Source: Octopus vulgaris
Taxonomy: Eukaryota
DNA length: 64,000 nt
NCBI GenBank assembly: GCA_951406725.2
Contig: OX597818.1
Span: forward strand, 124,000,001-124,064,000
Direction: 5' to 3'
Made by a program: the position numbers and the translations under genes. This document shows positions 51,264 to 64,000 of the stretch, in pieces. Under the pieces are notes generated by a model, which saw only the letters and a program-made list of their open reading frames with translations, did not search any database and was not told where the DNA came from. Numbering within the stretch: the stretch's first letter is position 1; the number at the start of each line of letters is the position of its first letter.

Positions 51264-53951
51264 TGTTGTAAAGTGGTCACTTGCCACTGTTGTATCTGTC
51301 TTTTGACAACAGTTGTCGCTCTGACAGATATTGTTATATTCCAAAGCCATCAATAGAATGGTTCTATCTGGCACTGTACGACCCTCAGTCATACAGTGTT
51401 ATCAGTGCTTTCATTCTAGAGATGCCTGGATGTCTCACATGGAACTCTTTTAGCATTCTCTTCTGTACTGTCTGTGGTATGATGACCCTCTGAGTGTACA
51501 TTAATACACCATCACATATAGAGTACACATTCACATCTTGGTGGTTCTTTACATCAGATCTTTCTTTATTTCCTTTTGTCGATCAAAGCTTTCTTTTTTT
51601 TCTCATTCGTAAATTTGGCATTTCTCGCATTTATTTTTATTTTTTCCAAAGTTACTGGTAGTTCACACATGATGTCCCTCATTACTTCCTTTTTGTTTCA
51701 TTTCATCAACCTCGTTCGATCACTTGACTGCTCCTTTTACACTATTGTACAAAGCGCCTATAAGTGTCTCCCATAAATTAAATCTCTCCATACATTCAGT
51801 GCCAAATAAATTCCTGAAATTTTTTCAACACATAAACATTCACTCTTGTGGTTCAACCTTTGAGCATTATATTACAAACGTGTTCACCCATGAAATATAA
51901 TTTTCTTCTTGTAAAACCATATGCTATTTTGTTTTAACATAATTTTGGTTTACCCATTTGTTCCCATGCTTTCATCATCATCATCATCATCATCGTTTAG
52001 CGTCCGTTTTCCATTATTTATGATTGTGATACCACTTCCTGTGTCTACTTGCATTCTGAACCTAGTATTTTCAATTCTCACATTCACAAATTTTCTGTCT
52101 GTTGTAGTCACAACTTTTCCTGCTGACAAACTATTTATTTTTTCTTGTTTGTTCCATTTTCTTATCATTCTAGTTTTGCAGTGCAATTTTATATGTCCTG
52201 TAAGCCCGAAGCAAAAACACTTTGCTCTTTTATACAGACAATTTTTTTTCAGGTGCATCCCACCACATATCATACATGGGTCTACATGCCAATATATTTT
52301 CTGTCTTTTCTGCAACGCTTTGTCTTCCAAATTTTTTGCACTGGTTTTATGTGGAAACACTCTTTCTGTTGAATTTTTTCTGTGTCATGCCTTAATTCTA
52401 ATATCCTGTCATACTCTTCCAACAGTTTCTGCAATATCAAATCCTGATTCATTTTCAGTTTTGATAGAATTTTCATTTGGATTTCTGCATCCCTTCTATT
52501 TGTCAATCCTTGAGCAAAAATCAAACACTTGAAAGAATCTGGAGTAAGCATATCTAGCCTAAATCTCTCACATTCTTTGTTCACTCTACCTGTATAAGTA
52601 GTGAAGTCTTCATCTTTGCTCTTTTCTGTTTAAGCATTTCCATGTGGTATCAAACAGTGAGATAATATCATCTGTGTCGGTGAAATTTATGTCAGACACT
52701 TTTTTTGGCAGTGTGAAGTTACTATATACTTCTCATGCTCTAATGTCTCTAGTTTTCTTAAAACTTGATGCCATTTCATATCATCTGTCCAATGCTTACA
52801 TTCCCTTTAAAAAATTTGCTGATATCTTCGAAAGTAAGCCTCAAAGGTTTCCTTCTACTGGGTAATATTTGAATTTGCTTAAGGAATTTGCAACATGGTC
52901 AGGTGAAAATGTTTTCTCTGGATGGGTTATCAACTTCATTAACTGTAACATTTGCTGCTACAATTCTTGTTGTTTTTGTTGTTTCTTGAATTATTGTTGT
53001 TGCTGGTTTTGTAATTCAACTATCCTATCCCAGCTAACAAGTCTTCCATATTTTACGATTTTCGTAAGTTTGCACAATAAGATTTTTGTTTCTTTTTTGT
53101 CGCGGTATTTAATTTTCCATGCGAATTAGTTTAAGCTCTCCGTATGAGTGTTTATTTTTCCTCACTCCACGTAAATTTGTTTTTCCTCATTGCCATTGTT
53201 GTAAAGTGGTCTTTTGCCACTGTTATATCTGTCTTTTGACGACAGTTGTCGCACTGACAGATATTGTTATACAAGGCAGCGAGCTGGCAGAAACGTTAGC
53301 ACGCCAGGCGAAATGCGTAGCCGTATTTCGTCTGCCGTTACTTTCTGAGTTCAAATTCCGCTGAGGTCGACTTTGCCTTTCATCCTTTTGGGGTCGATAA
53401 ATTAAGTACCAGTTACGCAATGGGGTTGATATAATCGACTTAATCCGTCTGTCTGTCCTTGTTTGTCCCCTCTATGTTTAGCCCCTTGTGGGTAGTAAAG
53501 AAACAGATATTGTTATATTCCAAAGTCATTGATAGGCGCAGGAGTGGCTGTGTGGTAAGTAGCTTGCTAACCAACCACATGGTTCCGGGTTCAGTCCCAC
53601 TGCGTAGCATCTTGGGCAAGTGTCTTCTGCTATAGCCCCGGGCCGACCAATGCCTTGTGAGTGGATTTCGTAGACGGAAACTGAAAGAAGCCTGTCGTAT
53701 ATATGCATATTTATATGTGTGTGTTTGTGTATCTGTGTTTGTCCCCCTAGCATTGCCTGACAACCGATGCTGGTGTGTTTACGTCCCTGTTACTTAGCGG
53801 TTTGGCAAAAGAGACCGATAGAATAAGTACTGGGCTTACAAAGAATAAGTCCTGGGGTCGATTTGCTCGACTGGGGGCGGTGCTCCAGTATGGCCGCAGT
53901 CAAATGAAACAAGTAAAGAGTATAGAATGGTTCTATTTGGCACTGTACAAC
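51264..53951 (-). mobile_element. Degraded Ty3/Gypsy element with short (~120 bp) LTRs, the 5' LTR interrupted by two SINEs
   Basis: LTR tgttgtaaagtggtc...ggcactgtac at 51264-51382 and 53197-53951. PBS-like tggcaatgagg, gag FKCLIFAQGL, zinc knuckles, protease VDTGS. Family B SINE 53273-53503 has TSD acagatattgttata, and a family A SINE lies at 53534-53922. Confidence 0.85.
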
Positions 53952-55320
53952 TAAACAAGTTGGATCATTATAACGTTCACTCAGTACCACAATATAATTA
54001 CTATATCAGCACAGACATGTCTATCAACACAGTCTTCTGTCAACTGGTTACTGGTCTATTTATAATGACTGGCTACTACCACTTTTTACTGGGAAGGGTG
54101 TACAATTTCACTGCAAAACATATTAAATTACTGCTTTGAAATGAAAGCTTAAATGGTGTTTTTATGTTGGTTTTTGAAATGATTTGAGACATTTATAATT
54201 TTGTCTGACTCTATGCAAAGAAAGCAGCATTGTATGTTATAAATACAAGCTTCATTTCACCTTTGCATTATTGAAGAGGGTAGGGCAAAAAAAATTTCGT
54301 TTATTTTTTATGTAGGCTGGTTTGAGGAGTGAGAATACCTGTACTGATACATTTTATATTTCTATCAGGCATGTGACTTTATTCTGAAAGCCAGGGGAGG
54401 GAATGGTATAAAAAAGTGAAATTTAAAAAAAAAATGATTTTTTTTAGTTTTGGTAGTCATTTCTTGTATGCCACAAAATAGCTGCAAGAAGATCTCCTTT
54501 GTTGTGTCTGTTGGTTCAACTGGAATCCATGAATGCTTGGGAGGTACTGCTATTCCAATAATCAAATAAGGGTTTCATTTAAAAATAAAAACAAAATGCT
54601 AAAAATTATTTTTTCAGAGACTTGGCTGTTATTTCAAGTATGTCAAGTGACCATATTGAGCTGCTCTTTCATTTTGTCTGCTGGTCCGATAAGCATCCAC
54701 ACATGTGAAAACAAGTTCTCAAGTTTAAAAACATCTAGAATGTTGATACTGGGCTGAGGTGAGTATTCCAAAAGACAGGAGAGAGAGTTAAGGATTTTAA
54801 AAGAATTGAAATTTTGACAATAAATTTTTTCTCTTGGAATCTTAATCTTCATATCTTTACTATATGAAATTCACAAACAAAAACTTGGTGAAAAATGAAA
54901 AACAAAAAATGTATTTAAAATTTTGAGTAGCTGTTTTGGGGGCAAAGTTGTAATCTTTGCCGTTGAAAATAGGATTCAAATAGGATTCAAAACAATTTTT
55001 GAAAAAAAAATGTAAAGCAATTAAGGAGGGAATAAGTATTCAGCACATCTGCTCCTAATTTCCTCCACATTTCTGCTGTTTATACTCACTAATTGCTGAT
55101 GCAGACCAACACTACTTTGCCCAGATCTTACAGTTTACTTTGTGTACCTGAATGGGTGTGTGTGGGGGGTGTCTATGTGTGCGTGTGTGTATGTGTGTGC
55201 ATGTGTGTTGTGCGTGCATGTGTGTGTGTGTGTATGTGTGTGTGTTTGTGCATGTATGTATATGTGTACACACATTCATAATGTTTAATGTCTGCCTTCC
55301 ATGCTGGCATGGGTGGAACA

Positions 55321-55353
<33 letters not shown>

Positions 55354-55492
55354 ATTATAATAAAGGGTTATTTGCAACAATAATAACCCTTTATTATAAT
55401 TATATAATTTTTACCGAATATGGTCCTTTCCATACCAAAAGACTACTAGGTGAAATTTATTGATTTTATTAAATAAATTATATTTTACCCTT

Positions 55493-55532
<40 letters not shown>

Positions 55533-55627
55533 GGGAAGCTTTATGAAAATAAACAAAAGACGAAGGCAGGCGGAATACAAACAAACAATTGTATTAGTAT
55601 GGCGCTCAGGAATATAAATAAAACAAG

Positions 55628-55665
55628 TCTTTTACGTTTCGAGCCTACGCTCTTCAACAGAAAGA
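55628..55665 (-). ncRNA. Ultra-minimal hammerhead-like variant
   Basis: UCUUU-CUGUUGA-a-GAGC-guag-GCUC-GAAAC-GUA-AAAGA. A degenerate relative lies near 35712-35748 on the plus strand. Confidence 0.4.
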
Positions 55666-55678
55666 TACACAGAAAAGA

Positions 55679-55724
<46 letters not shown>

Positions 55725-55938
55725 CATACATATATATACATATATTCATACATACATATATATATATATAATTAATTGTTATTTACCCTTATACTATCTT
55801 GTGACGCACATGGTAATCTTGGAGGGAAAATACAAATTCATTGGATGTGCTGACTAGCTTCTGTTATTTCTCGATGGCACTGGATCGGGATGCAAAGGGT
55901 AGGTTCATAGCATTTTCAAATTTATAAATTATCGAATT

Positions 55939-55996
55939 ATTGTACTGATGACAGGAATGAATTTGTATAATTCTAACCCAGAAACATGTCCACAAT
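55939..55996 (+). ncRNA. Minimal hammerhead-like motif in a PLE pLTR fragment
   Basis: AUUGUa-CUGAUGA-(stem II)-GAAAC-AU-GUC-cACAAU. Stem I has 5 bp plus one mismatch. Confidence 0.6.
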
Positions 55997-56250
55997 TAAT
56001 CGAAGACTGTTTGATTTTGTTATTTTCCTTCTTTTGCCTATGTGAGTTAAAAGTATTGTTATCTGTGGAGTAATATCTGTAGCAAAAAGGAATAAGCTGT
56101 CTTTGGCTGCTATTTCTAAATTTTCGGTATGTGGTTAAGCAACTTGTTGCTGAACCCTTAATTTTATATATATATATATAATATTATTATATATCTCCTG
56201 TACAACAGTACATCTATTTCTTGGTCACTCTATCTCTCTCTGTCTCTGTC

Positions 56251-56288
<38 letters not shown>

Positions 56289-56883
56289 GTCACTGGGTAA
56301 TCATGTACCTCTTCTATAGCAAGACACCTATTTCTGCCTCACATTTTATGTGTCACACTCTAACCTTTCACCATCTGATACTGGATCACCTCCTCCAATT
56401 CCTCTCTCCATTATAGCAAGACATGTCTCTTGTCACCATCTAACCTTTCATCCTCTGATGCATGTTCCCCTCCTCAAATGCTCCTGCCTCTCCCATAATT
56501 CCTTGTCTTGCAAGTTATTTGGTGACCCTGCCAATGATGGTGCTACATAAAAAGTATCCAGTCCACACTGCAAAGTGGTTGGCATTTGGAAGAGTGTCCA
56601 GCTGTAAAAATCATGCCAAAATTAACCTCACCTGTGCTAGTGCTACATAAAAAGCACTGAGTCCACTCTGCAGACTGGTTGGTGTTAGGAAGGGTATTCA
56701 ACCATAAAAACCCTGCCAAAACAGACACAGTAGCCTGGGGTAGTTTTTCCACTTGGCCAGCTCCTGTGAACTGTCCTACCCATGCATGCATGGAAGATGG
56801 ATGTTAAACGATGATGATGATGATGATGTATATGCATATATGCATATACTTATATACATATATGCATACACATAAACACACAC

Positions 56884-56979
<96 letters not shown>

Positions 56980-56994
56980 GTACATGTATATACA

Positions 56995-57865
56995 CAAGGT
57001 GCAGTGAATAAACTGTTGTTTAAATTACACAAATGAAAATTAGACTGACATCTCATTTTGACAGATATATTTACAAAAATTACATAAAAATATCTTGAAA
57101 TACTAAAGAGTAAATTTGTTCAATAAAATTGCCATTGGCTTCAACCACAGCCTCCAGACGACTTCAGAATCTCCTGCAACTCTTCTTGATGGTTTCCTTG
57201 TTTAAGTTGGTGAATGCTGCCATAATCCTTGCCTTCAATGTTCATCTTTGATGTTACAAGGAGTTTTGTTGGACTCTCGTACAACCTTGCTACACACATA
57301 ATAATCAAGGGGGTTGCAGTCTGGGGAGTTGGGGGGGGGGGGGCAGATGTTAAGGGGTGATGTGGTTGCAAAAATTGTCTGACAGGCATGATTGGGTTTT
57401 CCTGCTTGTGTGGCATGGTGCAGAGTCCTGTTGCCAGACATAGAGTCTTCCAGCAGCCATTCTCTTGACCCCAGACACTTGATGTAGGTCTCTTTGTGAG
57501 TGTGAGGCTGTGTGGGAAGATGAATGGAAGCATAACGTTGCCATCACTAGTGATCACTCCAAACACCATGATGTTGACTGGATGCTTGATTTTTACCACT
57601 GTTGGTACATATCCTCAGATTGCACTGTCCTCAGATTGACTCCCAAACACTCTGAAATGTTCATATTGGAGCTTCTGGCATGAATGCCAAACAGTAGAGT
57701 ATGTAATTTCCAAATTTCTGGCAGAGTGAATTGCATCATGGTGCTGTTTTTCTCACAGATGGTGCCCAACTGACCCTACTATACTGTATAGTCAACAAAA
57801 TCAAAAGCAATGCATATGCACAAAATTAGAATATAAAATGGTGATAATTTACTCATCACACCTTG
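56995..57865 (-). mobile_element. Tc1/mariner-superfamily element (maT/DD37D-like), internally deleted
   Basis: IMVFGVITSDG, YVWQQDSAPCHTS and PPNSPDCNPLDY, with imperfect TIRs caaggtg. Confidence 0.8.
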
Positions 57866-57952
57866 TATATATATGTGTGTGTGTGTGTATACATATGTAT
57901 ATATATATATGTGTGTAATATATGTGTATATATATGCATATATATGTATATA

Positions 57953-57991
<39 letters not shown>

Positions 57992-58086
57992 GCATACATA
58001 TGTATACATATATATATACATATATATATATATACATACATACATACATATACATACATACATACATACATACATACATACATACA

Positions 58087-58177
<91 letters not shown>

Positions 58178-58461
58178 ATTTCTTGGGCTTGGACTCAACT
58201 AATTTTACATACACATACAAACTATACATGTGAGTAAATAAATTTGTGTATATGTGGCCTGCATAAACGTGTGTGTGTGTGTGTCTGTGTGTCTTCTTGG
58301 GCATAAACATGTGTATATATATATGTGTGTTTGTGCATGTATGCATGCGTATGATTGTATGATTATGTGTGTTGGCTTGGTGTGTGAATTCAAATTACCA
58401 TAATATCAAAAGAAATAATTTAATAATTGTGCAAAATCAAAAGATAAACTTGAGCCACACA

Positions 58462-58500
<39 letters not shown>

Positions 58501-59130
58501 ACACACACACACACACACATACATGGGCATGCATACACAATGATCAACACAAGTCAATAGACACATACACACACACACACACACACATATACATGGGCAT
58601 GCATACACAATGATCAACACAAATCAATAGACACATACACACACACACATGCATACACACACACACATGCATACACACACACACACACACACACACACAT
58701 GCATACACACAAACATAATGCACACATGGATATAAACAATTTCACCAAGGAATGATAATCAATAACCATTAGTTAGTCTAGTTTTGATCTGAAAAGAGTT
58801 TGTGTGTTAAGGCTTGTAACTTGCTGAACTTCTAACAGACACTTGCAACAGATAGATATCAGCTTTAAATTCCCTTTATCATCTTTTTTTTTGTTCTGTT
58901 TTAATTAGTTTTGTTGTTGTTGTTATTGTAATATCTTATGATGATATTTGTTGGTATAATATATTGATTTGCTATGCTAAAACACTCCTGGAAACTTCAT
59001 ACATCCTCATACTCATTATAAGTGCTACTTGAGTCTACAGTGTAAGTGTAAAAAGGAAAGTGTAGTGGGAAAATGTTAGAAATGATCAAGTTAAGTGGGT
59101 CTCTCTACTCTGATAAGGAAATTATTGCGT

Positions 59131-59514
59131 GGAAGCACTCCGTCGGTTACGACGATGAGGGTTCCGGTTGATCCGAATCAATGGAACAGCCTGCTCGTGA
59201 AATTAACGTGTAAGTGGCTGAGCACTCCACAGACACGTGCACCCTTAACGTAGTTCTCAGGGATATTCAGCGTGACACAGAGAGTGACAAGGCCGGCCCC
59301 TTGAAATACAGGTACAACAGATACAGGAAGTAAGAGTGAGAGAAAGTTGTGGTGAAAGAGTACAGCAGGGATCACCACAATCCCCTGCCGGAGCCTCGTG
59401 GAGCTTTTTAGGTGTTTTCGCTCAATAAACACTCACAACGCCCGGTCTGGGGATCGAAACCACGATCCTATGACCGCGAGTCCGCTGCCCTAACCACTGG
59501 GCCATTGCGCCTCC
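59131..59514 (-). mobile_element. Family D SINE with tRNA-Arg-like head
   Basis: Near-identical to 15619-15990 and flanked by gaaattatt. Confidence 0.85.
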
Positions 59515-59631
59515 TATGAAATTATTATATAGTTGGCAAGAGACCGGGAAAAGCTATATTAGCCTTTGAGTGGCTGTGTGGAAACAAGTTTGCTTCCCAG
59601 CTACTAAATCAATCCATCTATATGGTTTCTA

Positions 59632-59863
59632 GGGTGACGAGCTGGCAGAAACGTTAGCACGCCGGGCGAAATGCGTAGCCATATTTCGTCTGCTGCTACG
59701 CTTTGAGTTCAAATTCTGCCGAGGTCGACTTTACCTTTCATCCTTTCGGGGTCGATAAATTAAGTACCAGTTGCGCACTGGGGTCGATGTAATCGACTTA
59801 ATCCCTTTGTCTGTCCTTGTTTGTCCCATCTATATTTAACCCCTTGTGGGCAGTAAAGAAATA
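59632..59863 (+). mobile_element. Family B SINE with TSD
   Basis: Flanked by tatatggtttctaggg on both sides. Confidence 0.85.
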
Positions 59864-60544
59864 TATATGGTTTCTAGGGCAAATTTTTGTACATTGATAG
59901 CTTTGAAGGTTTTAAACAAAATGAAAGCAATGCATTAGAGTTAATGCTTACATAAAGAGAATGAGTGTCAAAGAGTGTGGTAAATATATAGAGAGACATA
60001 GTTTGATGGTAATAGAAAGTGGGAGATTTGTCGAACAAAATGTAGTGTTATTTCTCAGAGTAAATTATATTCTTTTTATTATTTATGAACAACATTGCCT
60101 GAGGGATGCAGAATTTGAAAATCAAATCTGTTTTTTTTTTGTTTTGAGAATGCAGAGTTTCAGACACTTTTTGGGTTAAACATACATATATAACCATTGC
60201 TTCATATTGTCAGATGATGGCTGTCTCACAATCATCCCGATTATTCTGATTTACTTTCATCCGGGTTAACAGGAAATAAAATGATAGTGAGTCATCATTC
60301 ATCCGTCATTGGATTTAAAAATCTCTTATTATAATATAATAATAATGAAATTATTGTATACAGTGCTCAGAAAAAAATTTTTTACTGGAAGAGATTTGAA
60401 ATCACCACCTGTGTTGTATTACTACTTCTCAACACCCATGCTTACTGGGCCGACAATAGCTTGTACAACACTCTTGACCTCTCTCAGTCATGATAGTGGG
60501 TTCCAGTGACAAGCGTTACACTTATATATGTACATATCTGCCTG

Positions 60545-60605
<61 letters not shown>

Positions 60606-60631
60606 TTATCTATCTGTCTATCTATCTATCT

Positions 60632-60878
60632 ATGCCAGTGGCATGTAAAAAGCACCATCCGATCGTGGCCGTTTGCCAGCCTCGTCTGGCACGTAAAAAG
60701 CACCCACTACACTCACGGAGTGGTTGGCATTAGGAAGGGCATCCAGCTGTAGAAACACTGCCAGATCAGACTGGGCCTGGTGCAGCCTTCTGGCTTCCCA
60801 GACCCCAGTTGAACCGTCCAACCCATGCTAGCATGGAAAGCGGACGTTAAATGATGATGATGATGATGATGATGATGA
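60632..60878 (+). mobile_element. Family C SINE, 5'-truncated
   Basis: Core and (gat)n tail. Further copies at 56520-56826, 61870-62162 and 62555-62875 (minus). Confidence 0.8.
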
Positions 60879-61053
60879 TATATATATATATATATATATA
60901 TATACACCTTGCTACCTGTCTATCTATTTGTATGTATGTATGTATGTATGTGTATATATATAGACAGATAGATATAGTTTATATCTAGTTAAAAGAAGAA
61001 AAGGAAATAGACATAAGGAAGTTAACAATTATTAACAAATTGGTCATCTTCAC

Positions 61054-61150
61054 TTCTTACAGGCATTTCAATTAATACTCAATAATTTAATAATAAATTT
61101 GTACATTAAATTTACATTTACGTGACATGAGCATAATTTCATCAGAGAAA
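61054..61150 (-). ncRNA. Hammerhead-like motif with extended stem II
   Basis: UUCU-CUGAUGA-AAUUAUGCUC...GAGUAuUAAUU-GAAAU-GCCU-GUA-AGAA. Stem I is 4 bp and stem II about 10 bp. Confidence 0.6.
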
Positions 61151-61328
61151 AAAAGATGTATCTTGGGATGTTATGTGTGGATCTATCAATTCATTTCAGC
61201 AAGCTAAATGTTATGGTTTATGATCTGTATTACTATATGCTTGGGTAAAGGATTTACAGATTGATTAGAATATGATTAGGGATAAAGTAAAGTAAATAAA
61301 ATAATAAAACTAGAACAATAAACAAAGT

Positions 61329-61483
61329 CGCTGTGTGGTAAGTAGCTTGCTAACCAACCACATGGTTCCGGGTTCAAGTCCCACTGCGTGGCATCTTGGG
61401 CAAGTGTCTTCTGCTATAGTCCCGGGCCGACCAAAGCCTTGTGAGTGGATTTGGTAGACGGACTCTGAAAGAAGCCTGTCGTA

Positions 61484-61528
<45 letters not shown>

Positions 61529-61752
61529 GAGTGTATGTGTTTGTGTGTCTGTGTTTGTCCCCCTAGCATTGCTTGATAACCGATGCTGGTGTGTTTACGT
61601 CCCCGTCACTTAGCGGTTCGGCAAAAGAGACCGATAGAATAAGTACTGGGCTTACAAAGAATAAGTCCTGGGGTCGAGTTGCTCGACTAAAGGCAGTGCT
61701 CCAGCATGGCCGCAGTCAAATGACTAAAACAAGTAAAAGAGTAAAAGAGTAA
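61329..61752 (+). mobile_element. Family A SINE
   Basis: Matches the family consensus. Confidence 0.85.
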
Positions 61753-62915
61753 GGTAAAAATAGAGATGTTTGCGGAAAGATAAATATAAATAAGGTAAAT
61801 TTATACTTAATAAATATAAAATATTCATTTATAAAGTATAAATAAAATTATTAAAATATATATATGTATAGCGAGGTAGTTGCCAGTGCTGCTGGACTGG
61901 CTTCTGTGCAGGTGGCACATAAAAAGCACCATTTGAGCAATGCCGTTGCCAGTACTGCCTGACTGGCCCTCATGCCGGTGGCACGTAAAAGCACCCACTG
62001 CACTCTTGGAGTGGTTGGCGTTAGGAAGGGCATCCAGTTGTAGAAACTCTGCCAGATCAGATTGGAGCCTGATGCAGCCATCTGGTTTGCCAGACCTCAG
62101 TCAAATCGTCCAACCCATGCTAGCATGGAAAGCGGATGTTAAACAATGATGATGATGATGATGTACATATATACACACACATACACACACACACATTCAC
62201 TTACACACATATTCATATATGTATACACACATATACATATATACATGTATACATGCATACACACATACATACATATACATGCATATATATGCATGCAGAC
62301 ACATATATATTATCCAAAATGTATAGTATTAAATATTCATCATGGTTGGACTTACCAATTGGTTTCGTGTAAAGAATACAATGGAGTGTTTGGTAACAAA
62401 CCGATTAGATAACTTTATGCTCATCAGAGTCAGCTGATATGGAGGGGAATATGGTGACTGTTCCGGATATACAAGTGCATATACTGACAGATATACAAGT
62501 GCATCTTTCCTTGACTTATGGTCTCTTAGATGATGTATGTACACACACACACACATCATCATCATCATCGTCGTTGTCATTGTTTAACATCCGCTTTCTA
62601 TGCTGGCATGGGTTGGACGGTTTGACAGAAAACTGGCAAGCCAGAAGGCTGCACCAGGCTCCAATCTGATCTGGCAAAGTTTCTACAGCTGGATGCCCTT
62701 CCTAACACCAAGCACTCCGAGAGGGTAGTTGGTGCTTTTACGTGCCACTGGCACAAGGGCTAATCAGGCAAAAGGTATTTCTTATGTGACACCTGCATGG
62801 GAGCCAGTCCAGCGGCACTGGCAACGATCATGCTTGAATGTTGCTTTTTACGTGCCACCGGCACATGTGCCAGTACTCATCACCTCTAAAAATGAAATTA
62901 ATATATGAGTATGTA

Positions 62916-62967
<52 letters not shown>

Positions 62968-63169
62968 ATTATACTTATGCTTTTTTTTTATACATATGTG
63001 TGCATATGTATATGCATGTATATGTATGTATATGTGTATGTCTATGCATATGCATGTATGTATATATATGTATATACATGTGTGTGTGTGTATATGTATG
63101 GATTAGTTGTACATACATACGCATGCATGCGTATGTGTGTTCAAGATGTTATATTCATATGTACATTTA

Positions 63170-64000
63170 GGCATCAACATTTTACTAAAATGTTGGACGA
63201 CCTGGCCCAAAACCTAGGCTCATCAAGCTGTCTTTTTCGGACCACACTGAGGCAACCTCTTACCATCTGGCCTCAGTTAAAGCTGGGCGTGAAAATCGGA
63301 CCACCTTCCGAACACGCCCAGGCTTACCGTCCGATCTACGTCCGAAGCTACGTGTAGCGGCTTCCCTGAATAGGAACTCAGCTCTACAGGAAAGCTTCAG
63401 TCTTCGGAAGATGGACAAATCTGGAGATTTGTCAAGACTGATGAAACGTGGAAGAGAGATACCAGCTGGTCTGAGTGCTCTCTACCCACAATAACTAAAA
63501 AGACTACAGCAACTCAGGGAAACTAAGCCAGGACAATCTGCCATCCTCCACACACCATCATAAACTGCGAGCAGGGTACAAATTGTTGTCCTTTAATGCT
63601 CGCAGTTTATGCAACAAAATACATTTGTTCAACGCCTACGTCAGAAGTGTTGACCCTGACTTCATCACTGTCACGGAAACATGGGTGCATTCCTTACTCT
63701 GTGATGGGGTTTTCAACATCACGGGGTACAACCTCTTCCGTAAGGACCGCACTAACCGCCGTGGTGGTGGTGTGATGGTCTACGTTCGTTCAAATTTTTT
63801 GGTAATTCCTTGTGCCGATTTGAACGAATCACAAGAAGTTTTTTTCTGTGACGTACGTATGACCATGTCAACACTCCTGCTTGGCGTTGTTTATCGTCCC
63901 CCAAATTACCATCAGGACACACAGCTTTGCAACATCCTCCGAGCTGCAGCCAGGAAAACAGCCACTTATGTGTTTATTGCAGGCGATTTCAATCATCCTG
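63170..64000 (+). mobile_element. CR1/L2-group LINE: ORF1 end and ORF2 APE endonuclease running off the window
   Basis: ORF1-like end CAGGGAAACTAA. An open frame reads LSFNARSLCNK...VTETW...GYNLFRKDRTNRRGGGVMVYV...VYRPP...IAGDFNHP. Confidence 0.9.

Noticed and set aside
54618-54758. Exon-like segment with ttttcag acceptor and GTGAGT donor
   Set aside because: All three plus-strand frames contain stops. It could only be non-coding and there is no further support.
58517-58650. ~65-bp tandem duplication within (CA)n
   Set aside because: This is ordinary slippage between flanking microsatellites.

Overview
AT-rich eukaryotic DNA that is dense in repeats and microsatellites. The SINE families and simple-repeat load point to a coleoid cephalopod, probably Octopus (inference, no database search). 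Nearly all ORFs in the supplied track are microsatellite or repeat artefacts. Host-gene signal is limited to a divergent promoter region near 12.0-13.4 kb. On the minus strand there is a CRE/CCAAT/TATA/Inr promoter whose first coding exon looks like a signal peptide. On the plus strand there is a YY1-type start, after which repeats appear CpG-decayed, as expected inside a long methylated intron. The rest is decayed mobile DNA: four SINE families, three mariners, a maT-like element, a Tc1, a hAT transposase, hAT- and Merlin-like MITEs, Helentron-like elements, two Ty3/Gypsy relics, CR1-type LINE pieces and a Penelope-like element (PLE). The most interesting signal is a set of short non-coding modules embedded in (TA)n arrays. 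They carry minimal, variant hammerhead ribozyme folds and repeatedly form fold-back palindromes or partial tandems, consistent with a PLE-dependent, retrozyme-like system that targets microsatellites. Coordinates were read by eye and may be off by a few bases.
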